From Candidatus Multivoradales bacterium (GTDB lineage Bacteria; Acidobacteriota; Thermoanaerobaculia; Multivoradales; JAHEKO01): a stretch of DNA of 64,000 bases. The notes under the pieces are model-generated. The model worked only from the letters and a program-made list of their open reading frames with translations, searched no databases and was not told where the DNA came from. Location: contig CBDCXM010000009.1 in the NCBI GenBank assembly GCA_965223855.1, positions 576,001 to 640,000 of the forward strand, given 5' to 3'. Numbering within the stretch: the first letter of the stretch is position 1; every line of letters begins with the position of its first letter. Shown here piece by piece: positions 37,601 through 49,028 of the stretch. The translations under genes were made by a program, and so were the position numbers.

Positions 37601-39293
37601 CACGGCCGGCGGCGGGCGCTGGATCTCGGCACTCGAGCGCCTGCCGCGGGTGCTGCGCGGGCTGTCGTTGACTCCCGAAGACGTCGAGCTGACCTCGATC
37701 ACCGACCCTGGAGGGCCGGTGTCCGCGGAGTTCCGCTCCCATCTCGAGGAACTGTGGCAGAGCCGTGAAGATCCGGGCGAGGGCGCCGGGGAGGCGCTAC
37801 GGGCGCTCCTTGCCGAGTGGCTGCGCTTCTACGGCCCGATCCCGCCACGGATGCCGGTCGCGGTCTTCGGGCTCGAGCCCGCGGCGGCGCAGCGCGCGCT
37901 GGCGGCGCTGGTCGACGACGAGACGCTGGTGCTCGACCGCTTCCGCCGCGACGACGATGACGAGGAGCTGTGCGACGCCGAGAATCTGGAACGATTGCTG
38001 CGGGCGCTGCGCGCCCAGGCACGACCGTCGTTTCAGGCGCTACCGCTCGACCATCTGCCGCTGCTGCTGGCCGAGCGTCAGGGGCTTGTTGGCCGCGGCG
38101 ACGGCATCGAGGGGCTGCAGGACGCGCTCGAGGGGTTGCTGCTCTACCCGGCGCCGGCCGGGAGCTGGGAGTCGGATCTGCTGCCGGCGCGCCTCGCCCC
38201 CTACTACCCGGCGTGGCTCGACTCGGTGCTGCTCGAGAGCGACCTGGTGTGGATCGGCTGCGGGCGCGAGCGCACGACCTTCACCTTCGCCGAGGAGCGC
38301 GAGCTGCTGGCGGAAGCGCCGATCGACGAGGACCTCGCCGGAGAGCTGCCGCCGGAGATCGACGAGGCGTTCGCCTTCGGCCGCCGCCGGGCGTTCGAGG
38401 AGCTGGTGCGCTCGCAAGATGCACCGGCGGCCGACCTGGCGGCGAAGCTCTGGCGCGCGGCGTGGCGCGGCGAGCTGTCGAACACCACCTTCTCGGTGGT
38501 GCGCCAGGGAGTACTCCAGCGTTTCAAGCCAGCGGCAGCGGCGGAGCGGCGTCCTCCGAGGCCCGGCGGCCGGGGCAGCCGCTCCGCCGTCGGCCGACGC
38601 GCCTTCGATCGCTGGAAGTCGGCGCGTCCCTCGGGCGGCGACTGGTTCCGGCTCGACCCGGTCGCCGCGCCCGAGGACCCGCTGGCGGCCGAAGACCTCG
38701 AGCGCGACCGCGCCCGGTTGCTGCTGTCGCGCTACGGCATCCTCTTCCGCGAGCTGCTCGACCGCGAGCTGCCGAGCTTCCAGTGGTCTCGGATCTTCCG
38801 CGCCCTCAGACTGATGGAGCTCTCGGGCGAGGTGGTGGCGGGGCAGTTCTTCGAGGGAATCCACGGCCCGCAGTTCGTCTCGCGCTCGACCTGGCGGCGG
38901 CTCTCCGAGGGACTCGGCCAGGGGGAGGTCTACTGGGTCAGCGCAATCGACCCGGCGGCGCCGTCGGGGATCGCTCTCGACGAGTGGCGCGAGCGCTGGC
39001 TGCCACGCCGCTCGTCGAACCACCTGGTGTTCGAGGGGACGCGGCCGGTGGTCCTTTCGCGCCGCCACGCCGCCGAGCTCGACATCACGGTGCGCCCCGA
39101 CCACCCGAAGCTGCCCGAGTATCTCGGCTTCCTGAAGGTGCTCCTGACGCGCGACGCTCAGCCACGCAAGGCGATCGACATCGAGACGATCAACGGCGAG
39201 CCGGCCAAGCGGAGCGCCTTCGCCGGCCCGCTGGGAGAACTCTTCAGCACCACCCGCGAGGCGAAGAGCCTGCGGCTGCGCCGGCGCTACTGA
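34689..39293 (+). CDS. lhr: Lhr-family ATP-dependent DEAD/DEAH helicase (long form)
   Basis: APTGTGKT, YVSPLKALNND, ILITTPESL, DEIH, LSAT, HHGSLS, SLELGIDIG, QRLGRAGH, GGTIPDRG, ELDEEFV. Confidence 0.93.
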   Translation: MLDRQVESGLNVFHPTIARWFTESLGTPTDVQARAWPRIAAGEHLLVSAPTGTGKTLTAFLWALDRLLTGAWEGGQVRVLYVSPLKALNNDVRRNLLSPLAALETAFETAREPYEPVEVMTRSGDTPQSERQRMVRRPPEILITTPESLNILLTSKGGRSILTGLETVIFDEIHAAAGSKRGTHWITAVDRLVPLAGEFQRIALSATVRPLETVARFVGGYEMRPLDDEGREVEYRERPVGIVTSERAKAYDLEVDLGAPQLADATAPGGTVPGTGEAGINEDKEENAWESLAARIVDVVARNRSTLVFANSRRTTERLTRLINERGSTTGNASLAYSHHGSLSRELRTVVERKLKNGELRSIVATNSLELGIDIGSLDEVVMVQTPPTVAAAVQRLGRAGHQVDAVSRGRLYPLFERDLVSAAVVARCVLEGDIEEVRPIEGALDVLAQVILSMVATEAWPLDRLFHTVRSSAPYHRLSRRQFDLVLEMLAGRYADTRVRELAPRVTIDRVEGVVHARPGAAMSVYLSGGTIPDRGYFGLRTVDTMAKLGELDEEFVWERRVGDTFSLGAQNWRVRRITSSDVLVSPAHRSAAMTPFWRADARNRSFFLSERLGTFLETADAHLEEPGGREALLAALTERHALSAEAAAALVDLLERQREATGGSLPHRRHLLVEHADDATDQSGGRRMLLHTGWGGRVNRPFAIALAAAWEEQSDLPLQIEAENDVVQIVLPSPMAIDDLLALVRPDNIESLLRARLQRTGLFGGRFRENAGRALLLPRSDLRRRIPLWLTRERSKKLLESVAGHEDFPVVVETWRTCLQDTFDLEALRQVLDELDRGEIRITECRTLAPSPFAAALVWQQTNRLMYEDDVPEGGGELSRTLLQELVFSSQLRPRLPAQLIDTFQRKLHRTFPGYAPTTIPEVDAWIGERLALPVEEFEALLAARARQVGDATTAELLELVDTEACVVSTAGGGRWISALERLPRVLRGLSLTPEDVELTSITDPGGPVSAEFRSHLEELWQSREDPGEGAGEALRALLAEWLRFYGPIPPRMPVAVFGLEPAAAQRALAALVDDETLVLDRFRRDDDDEELCDAENLERLLRALRAQARPSFQALPLDHLPLLLAERQGLVGRGDGIEGLQDALEGLLLYPAPAGSWESDLLPARLAPYYPAWLDSVLLESDLVWIGCGRERTTFTFAEERELLAEAPIDEDLAGELPPEIDEAFAFGRRRAFEELVRSQDAPAADLAAKLWRAAWRGELSNTTFSVVRQGVLQRFKPAAAAERRPPRPGGRGSRSAVGRRAFDRWKSARPSGGDWFRLDPVAAPEDPLAAEDLERDRARLLLSRYGILFRELLDRELPSFQWSRIFRALRLMELSGEVVAGQFFEGIHGPQFVSRSTWRRLSEGLGQGEVYWVSAIDPAAPSGIALDEWRERWLPRRSSNHLVFEGTRPVVLSRRHAAELDITVRPDHPKLPEYLGFLKVLLTRDAQPRKAIDIETINGEPAKRSAFAGPLGELFSTTREAKSLRLRRRY

Positions 39294-39315
39294 GCGCGGC
39301 CTGCTCCGGCCAGCA

Positions 39316-42300
39316 CTACTCCGGTCGCAAGGCCCGCACCGGGTCCGCCGGCTGCTCGGGAATCTCGGGCCAGTCGCCCTCCTCGAGCAGACGCAGCGCC
39401 TCCGCCACCGCCGCCTCGAGTTGCGGATCGCCGCCGGCGATCACCTCCTTCGGCGTCATCTCGACCTCGATGTCGGGGGCCACCCCCTCGTTCTCGACCG
39501 CCCAGCCGTCCTCGGTGAAGAAGCCTCCACGCGGTGCGGTGATGAAGCCTCCGTCGACGAGCGGGGGTACGTCCCAGATGCCGACCAGGCCGCCCCAGGT
39601 GCGGGTGCCGACGAGCGGACCGATCCCCATGTTGCGGAACATCCACGGCATCAGGTCGCCGCCCGAGCCGGCGAGCTCGTTGACGATCATCACCTTGGGC
39701 CCCCAGATCCCCGCCCCGGGGTTGGTGAACGGGCGGTTTTCGCCCACCGGGTTGTTGAAGAAGCCCTGGAGTTTGCGGGACAGCAGATCGACAACCCAGT
39801 CGGCCGCGTAGCCGCCCCCGTTGTAGCGCTCGTCGATGACGGCGCCCTGCTTGTCCTGCTGGGCGAAGTAGTAGCGGTTGAACTGGGTGTAGCCGGCGCC
39901 GGCGGTGTTGGGGAGCCAGACGTAGGCGAGGCGGCCGCCGGAGAGTTCGTCGACCTTGCGGCGGTTGTCCTCGATCCAGCGGCGGCGACGCAGCAGCCGC
40001 TCGTTGGCCACCGGCACCACGGTGACGTCGTGCTCGTCGTCGCCGCGGCGCAGCGTCAGCACGGTCTGGCGCTCGGCCGTGCCCTCGAAGAGGCTGTGGG
40101 GGTTGGTCGGCGCCGTCAGATCGACGCCGTCGACGGCGATCAGCAGGTCGCCCTCGCGGACGTCGATTCCGGGCGCGGCCAGCGGCGCGCGCAGCTCGGG
40201 ATTCCAGTTCTCGCCGGTGTAGATGCGCGCGATGCGGTACCGCTCGCCCCCTGTCTCCCCCTCGAGCTCGAGGTCGGCGCCCAGCAGGCCGATCGGCACC
40301 TCGTCGACGTCGGGACGGTCGCCGCCGCCGGTGAACGAGTGGCCGACCGAGGTCTCGCCACCCATGATGTCGAGCAGGTGGGTGAGATCGCTACGGTGGC
40401 CGACGTGCTCGACCCACGGCGAGTAGGCCTCGTAGACCCAGTCCCAGTCGGCACCGTGGAGGTTGTCGACATAGAAGAAGTCGCGCTGGTAGCGCCACGC
40501 CTCACGGAACATCTGGCGCCACTCGGCCCGCGGGTCGATGCGGGCGCGCAGACTCATGTCGAGGGCGCCGTCGCCGGCAGACGGCTTGGAGCCGGTCTCG
40601 ACGACGTGCCACCCGCCGCCGCTCGCGTATAGCAGGTGCGAGCCGTCGGCGGAGACGACCCAGCCGCCGACGCCGGTGGCGAACTCTTCCGCCTCCCGTT
40701 CTTCGAAGCTGTACTTGTGGAGCGTCAGCGTGCGCTCGTTCGGCACCCGTTCGGTGACGAACACGACACCCTCGGGGCCGGCCTTCACCCGCACGTAGGG
40801 CCGCGACGGCATCGAGACCGAGAGGATGCGGTCGCGAAGACCGTCGAAGTCGATCTTCACCTCGGGAGCGTCGTCCTCCTCCGCGTCGTCGCCCTCGTCG
40901 TCGCTCTCATCCGTCTCGCTCTCCGCCTCGCTCTCTTCCTCGACGGGCTCCTCGTCGCTCTCCGGCAGCAGCGGTGAGGGGGTGTCGGCGCCGAGCACCG
41001 CGAAGTAGAGCTCGCGCCGCACCTCGTGCTCGATCGACGACAGATCCAGCCAGCCACTCGAGACCGAGTAGTTGGTGCTGCCGAGGAACCACAGGTACTT
41101 GCCGCTCGCGTCCCAGGCGGGCGAGATCACGTCCGACAACGAGTCGGTGATCTGGTGGGTCGTACCGTCCGCGGTCGAGTAGACGAAGATCGCGTGGTAC
41201 TGGTTGTCGAGACGTTTGGCGTATGCGATCCACTTCGAATCGGGCGACCACACCGGATCCATCGTCCGCTCCGGGTGGGCGAAGGCGTCGGTGTCGACGA
41301 GGGTCTGCTCACCGCTCTCGACGTCGAGGTGCCACAGCCGGATCTCCTCGTCGGTGTAGGTGAGCGACTTCGAATCGGGCGACCACGACGGGGTGAAGTA
41401 GAAGGTCGGGCTCTCGAGGGCGATCGTGCGCGGCTCCTCGAGCCCCTTCTGGTCGGAGATCACCAGCGCGTACTCGCCGCCGGAGTCGGAGAACCACGAG
41501 ATCCACCGGCCGTCCGGCGACCACGCCGGCGCACGCTCGGCCGAGCCCGAGCTGCGGGTGAGGTTGCGCCAGTTGCCCTTGTCGGTCGGCACGGTGAAGA
41601 TCTCGCCGCGCGCCTCGAAGACGGCGCGCTGGCCGGTCGGCGACAGTGCCGCCTGCCGCACCGCATCGCCGACCTCTTCCCACTGCGCTCGGGTCCACGG
41701 CAGGTCGCCCACCACCTCGAAAGCGAGCTGGCGGCTGCCGCCCGCGGGATCCCAGGCATGCAGGTAGCCGCCCGCCTCGTAGGTCAGCCGCCCGCCTCCG
41801 GCGGTCAGGTTCTTGGCATCGAAGACCTTGTGGAAGGTCACCTGCTCGACACTGTCACTGCCGGGCGTCCAGGCGTAGACGTTCTTCACGTAGTCGCGGT
41901 CAGAGAGGAAGTAGACCGTGTCGCCGAGCCACACCGGGTCGGTGTTGTCCGACCCGTCCGCGTCCTGAGGCGACTTCGTCAGCTCGTAGCTTTCGAGATC
42001 GACGACCCAGATCGGCGCCGCCTGCCCGCCGCGGTAGTTGCGCCACTCGCGGTCCCAGCGCACGTAGGGCTCGTAGGCGAGCCGGCCGCCGTCGGGCGAC
42101 AGACTGCCGACCGAGCCGCGCGGGATCGCCAGCGCCGTCGGCAACCCGCCGTCGACGCTCACCCGCCAGTAGCGCCCCATGAGGATCGGCGCGTCGTCGC
42201 GGGTCGAGAGGAAGAGCACCTCCGAGCCGTCCGGCGACCAGCCGATCGGGGAGTCGGGCGCCGGGTGCCAGGTGAGTCGCCGCGGCGTTCCGCCGTCGAC

Positions 42301-42579
42301 GCTCACCACGTAGACGTCGACGTTGCCGTCGTACTCGCCGCTGAAGGCGATCCACTCGCCGTCGGGCGAGAAGGTCGGTGAGCTCTCGCTGCCGGGGAAG
42401 ACCGTCAGCCGCCGCGCTTCGCCACCGTCACGGTCGGCGACCCAGAGATCGTTGGCGTAGGCGAACGCGATCCGGGACTCGCTCAGCGTCGGGTGCCGGA
42501 GCAGGCGGGTGCCTTCGTCGGCGGCGACGGGGGAAATGGCGGAAAGAGCCAGGGCGATGATCGGCGACAGTTTGCGCAT
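39316..42579 (-). CDS. Tricorn-type S41 protease (secreted)
   Basis: Signal peptide; WSPDG propeller repeats; PDZ; IDERYNGGG; GSGGD..PW.FR; VGTRTWGGL; ENEGV.PDI. Confidence 0.92.
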   Translation of the reverse strand: MRKLSPIIALALSAISPVAADEGTRLLRHPTLSESRIAFAYANDLWVADRDGGEARRLTVFPGSESSPTFSPDGEWIAFSGEYDGNVDVYVVSVDGGTPRRLTWHPAPDSPIGWSPDGSEVLFLSTRDDAPILMGRYWRVSVDGGLPTALAIPRGSVGSLSPDGGRLAYEPYVRWDREWRNYRGGQAAPIWVVDLESYELTKSPQDADGSDNTDPVWLGDTVYFLSDRDYVKNVYAWTPGSDSVEQVTFHKVFDAKNLTAGGGRLTYEAGGYLHAWDPAGGSRQLAFEVVGDLPWTRAQWEEVGDAVRQAALSPTGQRAVFEARGEIFTVPTDKGNWRNLTRSSGSAERAPAWSPDGRWISWFSDSGGEYALVISDQKGLEEPRTIALESPTFYFTPSWSPDSKSLTYTDEEIRLWHLDVESGEQTLVDTDAFAHPERTMDPVWSPDSKWIAYAKRLDNQYHAIFVYSTADGTTHQITDSLSDVISPAWDASGKYLWFLGSTNYSVSSGWLDLSSIEHEVRRELYFAVLGADTPSPLLPESDEEPVEEESEAESETDESDDEGDDAEEDDAPEVKIDFDGLRDRILSVSMPSRPYVRVKAGPEGVVFVTERVPNERTLTLHKYSFEEREAEEFATGVGGWVVSADGSHLLYASGGGWHVVETGSKPSAGDGALDMSLRARIDPRAEWRQMFREAWRYQRDFFYVDNLHGADWDWVYEAYSPWVEHVGHRSDLTHLLDIMGGETSVGHSFTGGGDRPDVDEVPIGLLGADLELEGETGGERYRIARIYTGENWNPELRAPLAAPGIDVREGDLLIAVDGVDLTAPTNPHSLFEGTAERQTVLTLRRGDDEHDVTVVPVANERLLRRRRWIEDNRRKVDELSGGRLAYVWLPNTAGAGYTQFNRYYFAQQDKQGAVIDERYNGGGYAADWVVDLLSRKLQGFFNNPVGENRPFTNPGAGIWGPKVMIVNELAGSGGDLMPWMFRNMGIGPLVGTRTWGGLVGIWDVPPLVDGGFITAPRGGFFTEDGWAVENEGVAPDIEVEMTPKEVIAGGDPQLEAAVAEALRLLEEGDWPEIPEQPADPVRALRPE

Positions 42580-42776
42580 CGGACCTCCTCGGTGACGCGT
42601 CTTCGGCGGCGGGGCGCGATCGCATCCGCGAGCCGGAAACATGAGCAGACAGCGAACCTCGATCTTAGTCGAGCGAGTCGCGGCTCCCTCTTGCCCGCTC
42701 GTCGGCAGGGAATCGTGCCGGGGCCGACGGAGGTAGTAGGGAGTACAAGGTCAACGATCGCGCCGAGGAGACACCG

Positions 42777-44171
42777 ATGATCGAGTTCGTCACCCTGTTC
42801 CTGGGACTGGCCGCCGGGCCCCAGACCGTCGAGGTCACGGCCGGCGACGCCACCGCGGAAGTCCGCCTGCTGCTCGACGGGGAGATTGTGGCGACGGACA
42901 GCGACAGCCCCTGGAGCCTGTCGTTCGACCTCGGCGCAGCGATGCGGCCCCACCTGCTCGAGGCGGTCGCGTTCGACGGGAACGGCAGGGAGCTCGGCCG
43001 TGCCGCTCAGCCGCTCAACCTGCCGCGCCCGGCGGCCGAGGCCCGGATCGCTCTCGAACGCGAGCCGGACGGCCGCGTGACCGAGGCGCACCTGTCGTGG
43101 GAGAGCACGGTCCGCGCCCGACCGCTGCGAACGGAGGCGTGGCTCGACGAAGCTCCGCTCGACGTCAGCGACATGCCGCGCATCCCGATCCCCTCCTACG
43201 ATCGGACGACCTTCCACCTGCTGCAGGCCGAGCTCGAGTTTTCGGCCGACGTGGCGGCCCACGCTCACGCCGCCTTCGGCGGCGCCTACGCCGACGAGTC
43301 ACGCACCGACCTCACCGCCTTCCCGGTCGTCGCCGCGAGACGGGCCCGGCAGGCCAGCCCCGACGCGATGAGTGACTGGTTCCTCACCTCTCCCCCGAGT
43401 CGTGTCGTCGCTCTCGAGAAGGGGGGTCTCGACCTGGTTCTCGTCCGCGGGCCGGGCGTTTCGCGTGCGCTGGCCGGGCTCGAGGGGGGGTTCACCAACG
43501 ACCTGACCTCCGGCGGACTCTCGAGCGGCGGAAGCCCCGGTGGGGTGGGGAGCATCAACGACGTCGGCCAGATCGCCAACATGGGTGTCGCCCGGGAGAC
43601 CGAGCGTTTGCGGCAGGTGATGGCGCTGGAGGGCAACCAGCGGCTGCGCATTCTCGAGCCGCGGGCCCGCCGGCAGACCGGTCGCGGCACCGAGATGGAA
43701 GTGTTCGCGCTCTCGCCGGAGATCACCAACGAGCGTGGAGGCCTCTACTGGGCGCTGATGCAGGAGATCGAGCTACCCGGCCTCGCTCCGGAGCTACGCC
43801 TCGCCGATGCGGTGTCGGTCGCCGCCCTGCAGGCGGCCAACGGCAATCGGCGCCGGGCCGTGCTGCTGGTGCTGGCCGACGAGGCCTCGGACGAGAGCCG
43901 TCATGCAGTGTCGACGGTGCGCAGCTACCTGGCGGCACTCCAGGTGCCGCTGGTCGTGTGGCGGGTCGGCGAGGGCGCCGGCGCGTGGCGGGAGTGGGGA
44001 GAGGCGACCGAGATCCCTCACTTCCGGGGGCTCCAGAACTCCGCCCGCAAGCTGGCCGATCAGCTCGATCGGCAGGCGATCGTCTGGCTCGAGGGACATC
44101 ACCTCCCGAACGCCGTCGAGCTCACGGCCACCGCGCGAAGGTACGTCTCGAAGGCGACCGCCGGGCTCTGA
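42777..44171 (+). CDS. Hypothetical protein (Ig-like N-terminus, VWA-like C-terminus)
   Basis: RBS GAGGAG; 'LEAVAFD.NG.E' Ig-like segment; 'RRAVLLVL...D.S' VWA-like segment. Confidence 0.6.
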   Translation: MIEFVTLFLGLAAGPQTVEVTAGDATAEVRLLLDGEIVATDSDSPWSLSFDLGAAMRPHLLEAVAFDGNGRELGRAAQPLNLPRPAAEARIALEREPDGRVTEAHLSWESTVRARPLRTEAWLDEAPLDVSDMPRIPIPSYDRTTFHLLQAELEFSADVAAHAHAAFGGAYADESRTDLTAFPVVAARRARQASPDAMSDWFLTSPPSRVVALEKGGLDLVLVRGPGVSRALAGLEGGFTNDLTSGGLSSGGSPGGVGSINDVGQIANMGVARETERLRQVMALEGNQRLRILEPRARRQTGRGTEMEVFALSPEITNERGGLYWALMQEIELPGLAPELRLADAVSVAALQAANGNRRRAVLLVLADEASDESRHAVSTVRSYLAALQVPLVVWRVGEGAGAWREWGEATEIPHFRGLQNSARKLADQLDRQAIVWLEGHHLPNAVELTATARRYVSKATAGL

Positions 44172-44195
44172 GTCCCCGGAGGGTCGGCCGGCGGG

Positions 44196-45181
44196 CTACT
44201 GCTGCTGGTCGAGGCGCATCTCGAGCCTCTGATCCATCTCGAGCGACGTTCCCATGGTCTGGTCGCCGAAGGTCATGGCGATGTCCATCCTGACGACGAA
44301 GTCGAGGTCGCTCGTGCGGGTCACACCGGTGGCCGGCTCGACGCACAGGCTGCCGCTGCCCGACATCTCGTGCACGGTGGCCTTCATGTCGAAGCCTTCG
44401 GCCTCCGGGAGGCCCAGCATCCCGAAGAGCCCGGCGAAATCGAGATCGACGTCGGAGGTCATCTCGACGCCGATGCCGGCGCAGTCGCCCTCCTCACTCT
44501 TCTCGAGGCCCAGATACTCGTAGCTCACATCGGTCTCGAACTTGCCGAAGATCGGGTTGCTGAGATCGAGAGTCGTCTGCCAGGTGTCGCCGACGACGAC
44601 CGCCTCCTCCGGGAAGACGACGCCGTTCATCTGCATCTGCGAGCGGAACGCCTCGTCGCCGAAGGCGGCCTTCGTCTGTTCGAGCACCAGCGCCATCTGC
44701 GGATCGTCGGAGGACAACGACTCCCACAGCTCGTCGAAGCCTTCGATGTCGACGATGCTGGCGTCGCTCGCCTGATGGACGACGACCTCGTGCCCGATCA
44801 TCGCCAGCACGGGGGCGAGTTCGTCCGGCGCCTCTTCGTCCGACTCCGAGTCGAAGGTCATCCCGCCTTCGTCTTCGCCGCGCAACTCCATCTGCACCCG
44901 CTCGATCACCTGACGGGTGGTGATCGTCCCGTCGGCCGCCGCCTCGAGCACGTCCTGGCGCGCCGTCAGGGTCTGAACGCTCGTCATCGCGACCGTCTGA
45001 TCGGGCCCCATCGACAGCCTCATGTCCTGCTCGATCTGTGCGGTCATCACGTAGCTCGACCCCGGTGGAGGCTGGAAACGCAGGAACCACGCGTCGTCCT
45101 CGGTCGCCGCGGCTCGCGCGCCCGTCGCAGTCGCCAGCGCGAGAGCCAGGACCGAGACTCCTCTGAGGAAACTGCGGCCGA

Positions 45182-45185
<4 letters not shown>
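44196..45185 (-). CDS. Secreted hypothetical protein (DUF6263-like)
   Basis: Signal peptide; 'FDS', 'FPE..V.VGDTW' pattern. Confidence 0.6.
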
Positions 45186-46594
<1,409 letters not shown>

Positions 46595-46627
46595 GGGGGA
46601 TCCCTCCCTTGGAGCCGGATGTGCCGG

Positions 46628-48256
46628 TTAGCGCTTGATTCTCGCCCCCTGCTCCTCGACCGAGAGGATCCAACCGACGATCTTCCCCGGCTGGAGGGGG
46701 CTGTTCTCTTTCCAGAAACGAGCGTCCCGAAGATATCGGCTCGATGTGTCGTTCTCTGGGATGTTCTGCGTCTCGGCGTGGATCGCGCGCACCCGCTCGA
46801 CCCAGCGACGACAGTTGTCGGGTCTGAGATCGACCCACCCGGCCTCGCACCACTGATCGATCAGCTCCGGCGTCGTCGGCCGCGCCTCACAACCGCTCGG
46901 CACGATGACCTTCGGGCCGCGCAGCAGCTTGCCGTCGGAGCGCAGGATCGGAATGCCGATCGCCGCCACCTCGTCGACAACCCTCGGGTTCTCGCGTACC
47001 AGCGCGTCGAGTCCCGCCGCGACCTCCTCCGGCTCGAGCTTGCGCAGCTCAGCCATCGAGCCGAACGCCTCGCGCAGCAGGTGAGCCTCGAACAGCAGCT
47101 TGGTGTTGCGCGGCGGGCCTAGCATCTCGAAGGCGACGCTTTTGACCTCGCCGCCACGCTCGAGCTCGGCCATCTTCTCGAGCGCCCAGTGGCGCATGAG
47201 CCCGGCGCGGTAGGTGGGGCCGAGCACCGCGTTGTCGAGCGCGTTGACGATGTCGTGCCCTGTGTTGCCGCCCTCGATCTCGAAAACCAGATAGCGGGCG
47301 ATCTCCTCGGGGGTGACGAACTCCATCTGGCGCGCGGTGGTCAGGAGGGCGAACTCCTCGAGGCTGAAGAGGCCGTTCTCGCCGGTGTCGATGAAGACCG
47401 TCTCCAGCACCTCTTCGGTCTCCCTGCCGGCTGACGGGTCGTGGGTCGAGAAGGTGTCGCCGAGCTCGGTCTCCGCCGCCTCGACCAGGTGGATCGGCTG
47501 TCCCTTGCGGCGGATCGGACCGTGGTCGATCGCCTTCCAGGCGATCGCCGCCGCCGGTTTGATCTCCTTGACGATCGGCCCGCCGGCGGTGCGCCCCATG
47601 AGGAAGAGGAGCATCGAATGGGCGCCCGCCATCGCCGCCTTGGAGAGCAGTGTGCGGCTCGGCTTCTCCTCCGAGTGCGTGTAGGGAACGTTGAGGCCCA
47701 TGCCGCCGGTGCCGCTGGTGCCGACCTTCATGTAGACCGAAGCGCGGCAGTCGGTGAGACCGCGGTAGAGCACCTGGATGTGGCGGATGAGCCGCGGCAC
47801 GTAGAGCGCCTCGAGCAGGTCGCGAGCGGTCTCGTCGTCAACCCCGCCGTCGGCGAGCTGGTGCCACAGCTTCTCGGCGTTCGGGTAGATGTCCTTGTAG
47901 GCGATCGCCGTCGCCGTGTTGACGCAGTCGATCACCACGTCGGGACGACTGTCGACGAGGAGCTTGTAAAGCAGGAACTCCTCCAGATCCTCGTCGGCGA
48001 GCTGATGGAGCTGAGCACCGATCCGCTCGTCGCGGTCGGCCTCGTGGTCGAGGCCGAAGATGTCGCCGCCCGACACGGTGAGCTTCGTGCCGTTCGCCTC
48101 GGCCGAGAGCTCCTCGCGCGCCTGCTCCGACTCCTCGAGGTGCAGCGAGTGGATCTGGATCTCCCCGGCACCGCGCTCGAGCAGCTCCCTGCACACGGCA
48201 GTGCCGACGAGGCCATAGCCTCCCAGCACCAGGACTCTGCTGCCTGCGATCTTCAT
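46628..48256 (-). CDS. Atypical short-chain dehydrogenase-like Rossmann-fold protein
   Basis: VLVLGGYGLVG; VIDCVNTAT; KVGTSGTGGMGLN.PYTHSE. Confidence 0.7.
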   Translation of the reverse strand: MKIAGSRVLVLGGYGLVGTAVCRELLERGAGEIQIHSLHLEESEQAREELSAEANGTKLTVSGGDIFGLDHEADRDERIGAQLHQLADEDLEEFLLYKLLVDSRPDVVIDCVNTATAIAYKDIYPNAEKLWHQLADGGVDDETARDLLEALYVPRLIRHIQVLYRGLTDCRASVYMKVGTSGTGGMGLNVPYTHSEEKPSRTLLSKAAMAGAHSMLLFLMGRTAGGPIVKEIKPAAAIAWKAIDHGPIRRKGQPIHLVEAAETELGDTFSTHDPSAGRETEEVLETVFIDTGENGLFSLEEFALLTTARQMEFVTPEEIARYLVFEIEGGNTGHDIVNALDNAVLGPTYRAGLMRHWALEKMAELERGGEVKSVAFEMLGPPRNTKLLFEAHLLREAFGSMAELRKLEPEEVAAGLDALVRENPRVVDEVAAIGIPILRSDGKLLRGPKVIVPSGCEARPTTPELIDQWCEAGWVDLRPDNCRRWVERVRAIHAETQNIPENDTSSRYLRDARFWKENSPLQPGKIVGWILSVEEQGARIKR

Positions 48257-48397
48257 GCGTCTCTCGGGGATGAAAAAGCACCCGGCCGGCACGCGGGTGC
48301 TCGTCGAGGAGCTTAGCAGGGAGGAACCGGTCGCGTTCCGGTCGGTTCGCGATCTGCGAGGTTGACTGCCGCGCGACGCTGGCGGACGATTCGAGGC

Positions 48398-48919
48398 ATG
48401 AGCGACCCGCGCTACCCCATCGGCCCCTTCGACCAGCCCGACTCCCTGACCTCCGACGAGCGCGCCCGCGCGATCGCGGTCCTGGCCGCGTTGCCCGTCG
48501 AGCTGCGCGCCGCCGTCGAAGGGCTCTCCGACGAACAGCTCGACACTCCCTACCGCGACGGTGGGTGGACGCTTCGTCAGGTCGTCCACCACCTTCCCGA
48601 CAGCCACATGAACAGCTTCGTGCGCTTCAGGAAGGGGCTGACCGAGGACGAGCCGACGATCGGCACCTACGAGGAGGCGCGGTGGGCCGAGCTTCCCGAT
48701 GCGGCGCTGCCGATCGACGTCTCGCTGCGCCTCATCGAGGCTCTGCACGAACGGTGGGTCGCCATGCTCGGCGCTCTCGACGACGAGCAGTGGGCGCGCC
48801 GGATCGACCACCCCGAGATCGGGTGGATGCGGCTCGACCAGCTCCTCGCTCTCTACGAGTGGCATTCGCTTCACCACGTGGCGCACATCCGCTCGCTTCG
48901 CGACCGCGAGGGTTGGTAG
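48398..48919 (+). CDS. YfiT/BstA (DinB superfamily) thiol transferase
   Basis: RYPIG, LDTPYR.GGWT.RQVVHH..DSH.N, Y.E..WA.L.D, Y.WH..HH.AHI. Confidence 0.9.
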   Translation: MSDPRYPIGPFDQPDSLTSDERARAIAVLAALPVELRAAVEGLSDEQLDTPYRDGGWTLRQVVHHLPDSHMNSFVRFRKGLTEDEPTIGTYEEARWAELPDAALPIDVSLRLIEALHERWVAMLGALDDEQWARRIDHPEIGWMRLDQLLALYEWHSLHHVAHIRSLRDREGW

Positions 48920-49028
48920 TCTTCGCGAGCCTCTTGGGAAGAGCCGCTCCGGCGGCCCACCTCATCGCCTGACATTCAGGCGCCTTCCGAATCCTCCCGA
49001 CCCGACGTCTCTGGAGTCTGCCCGAGCT

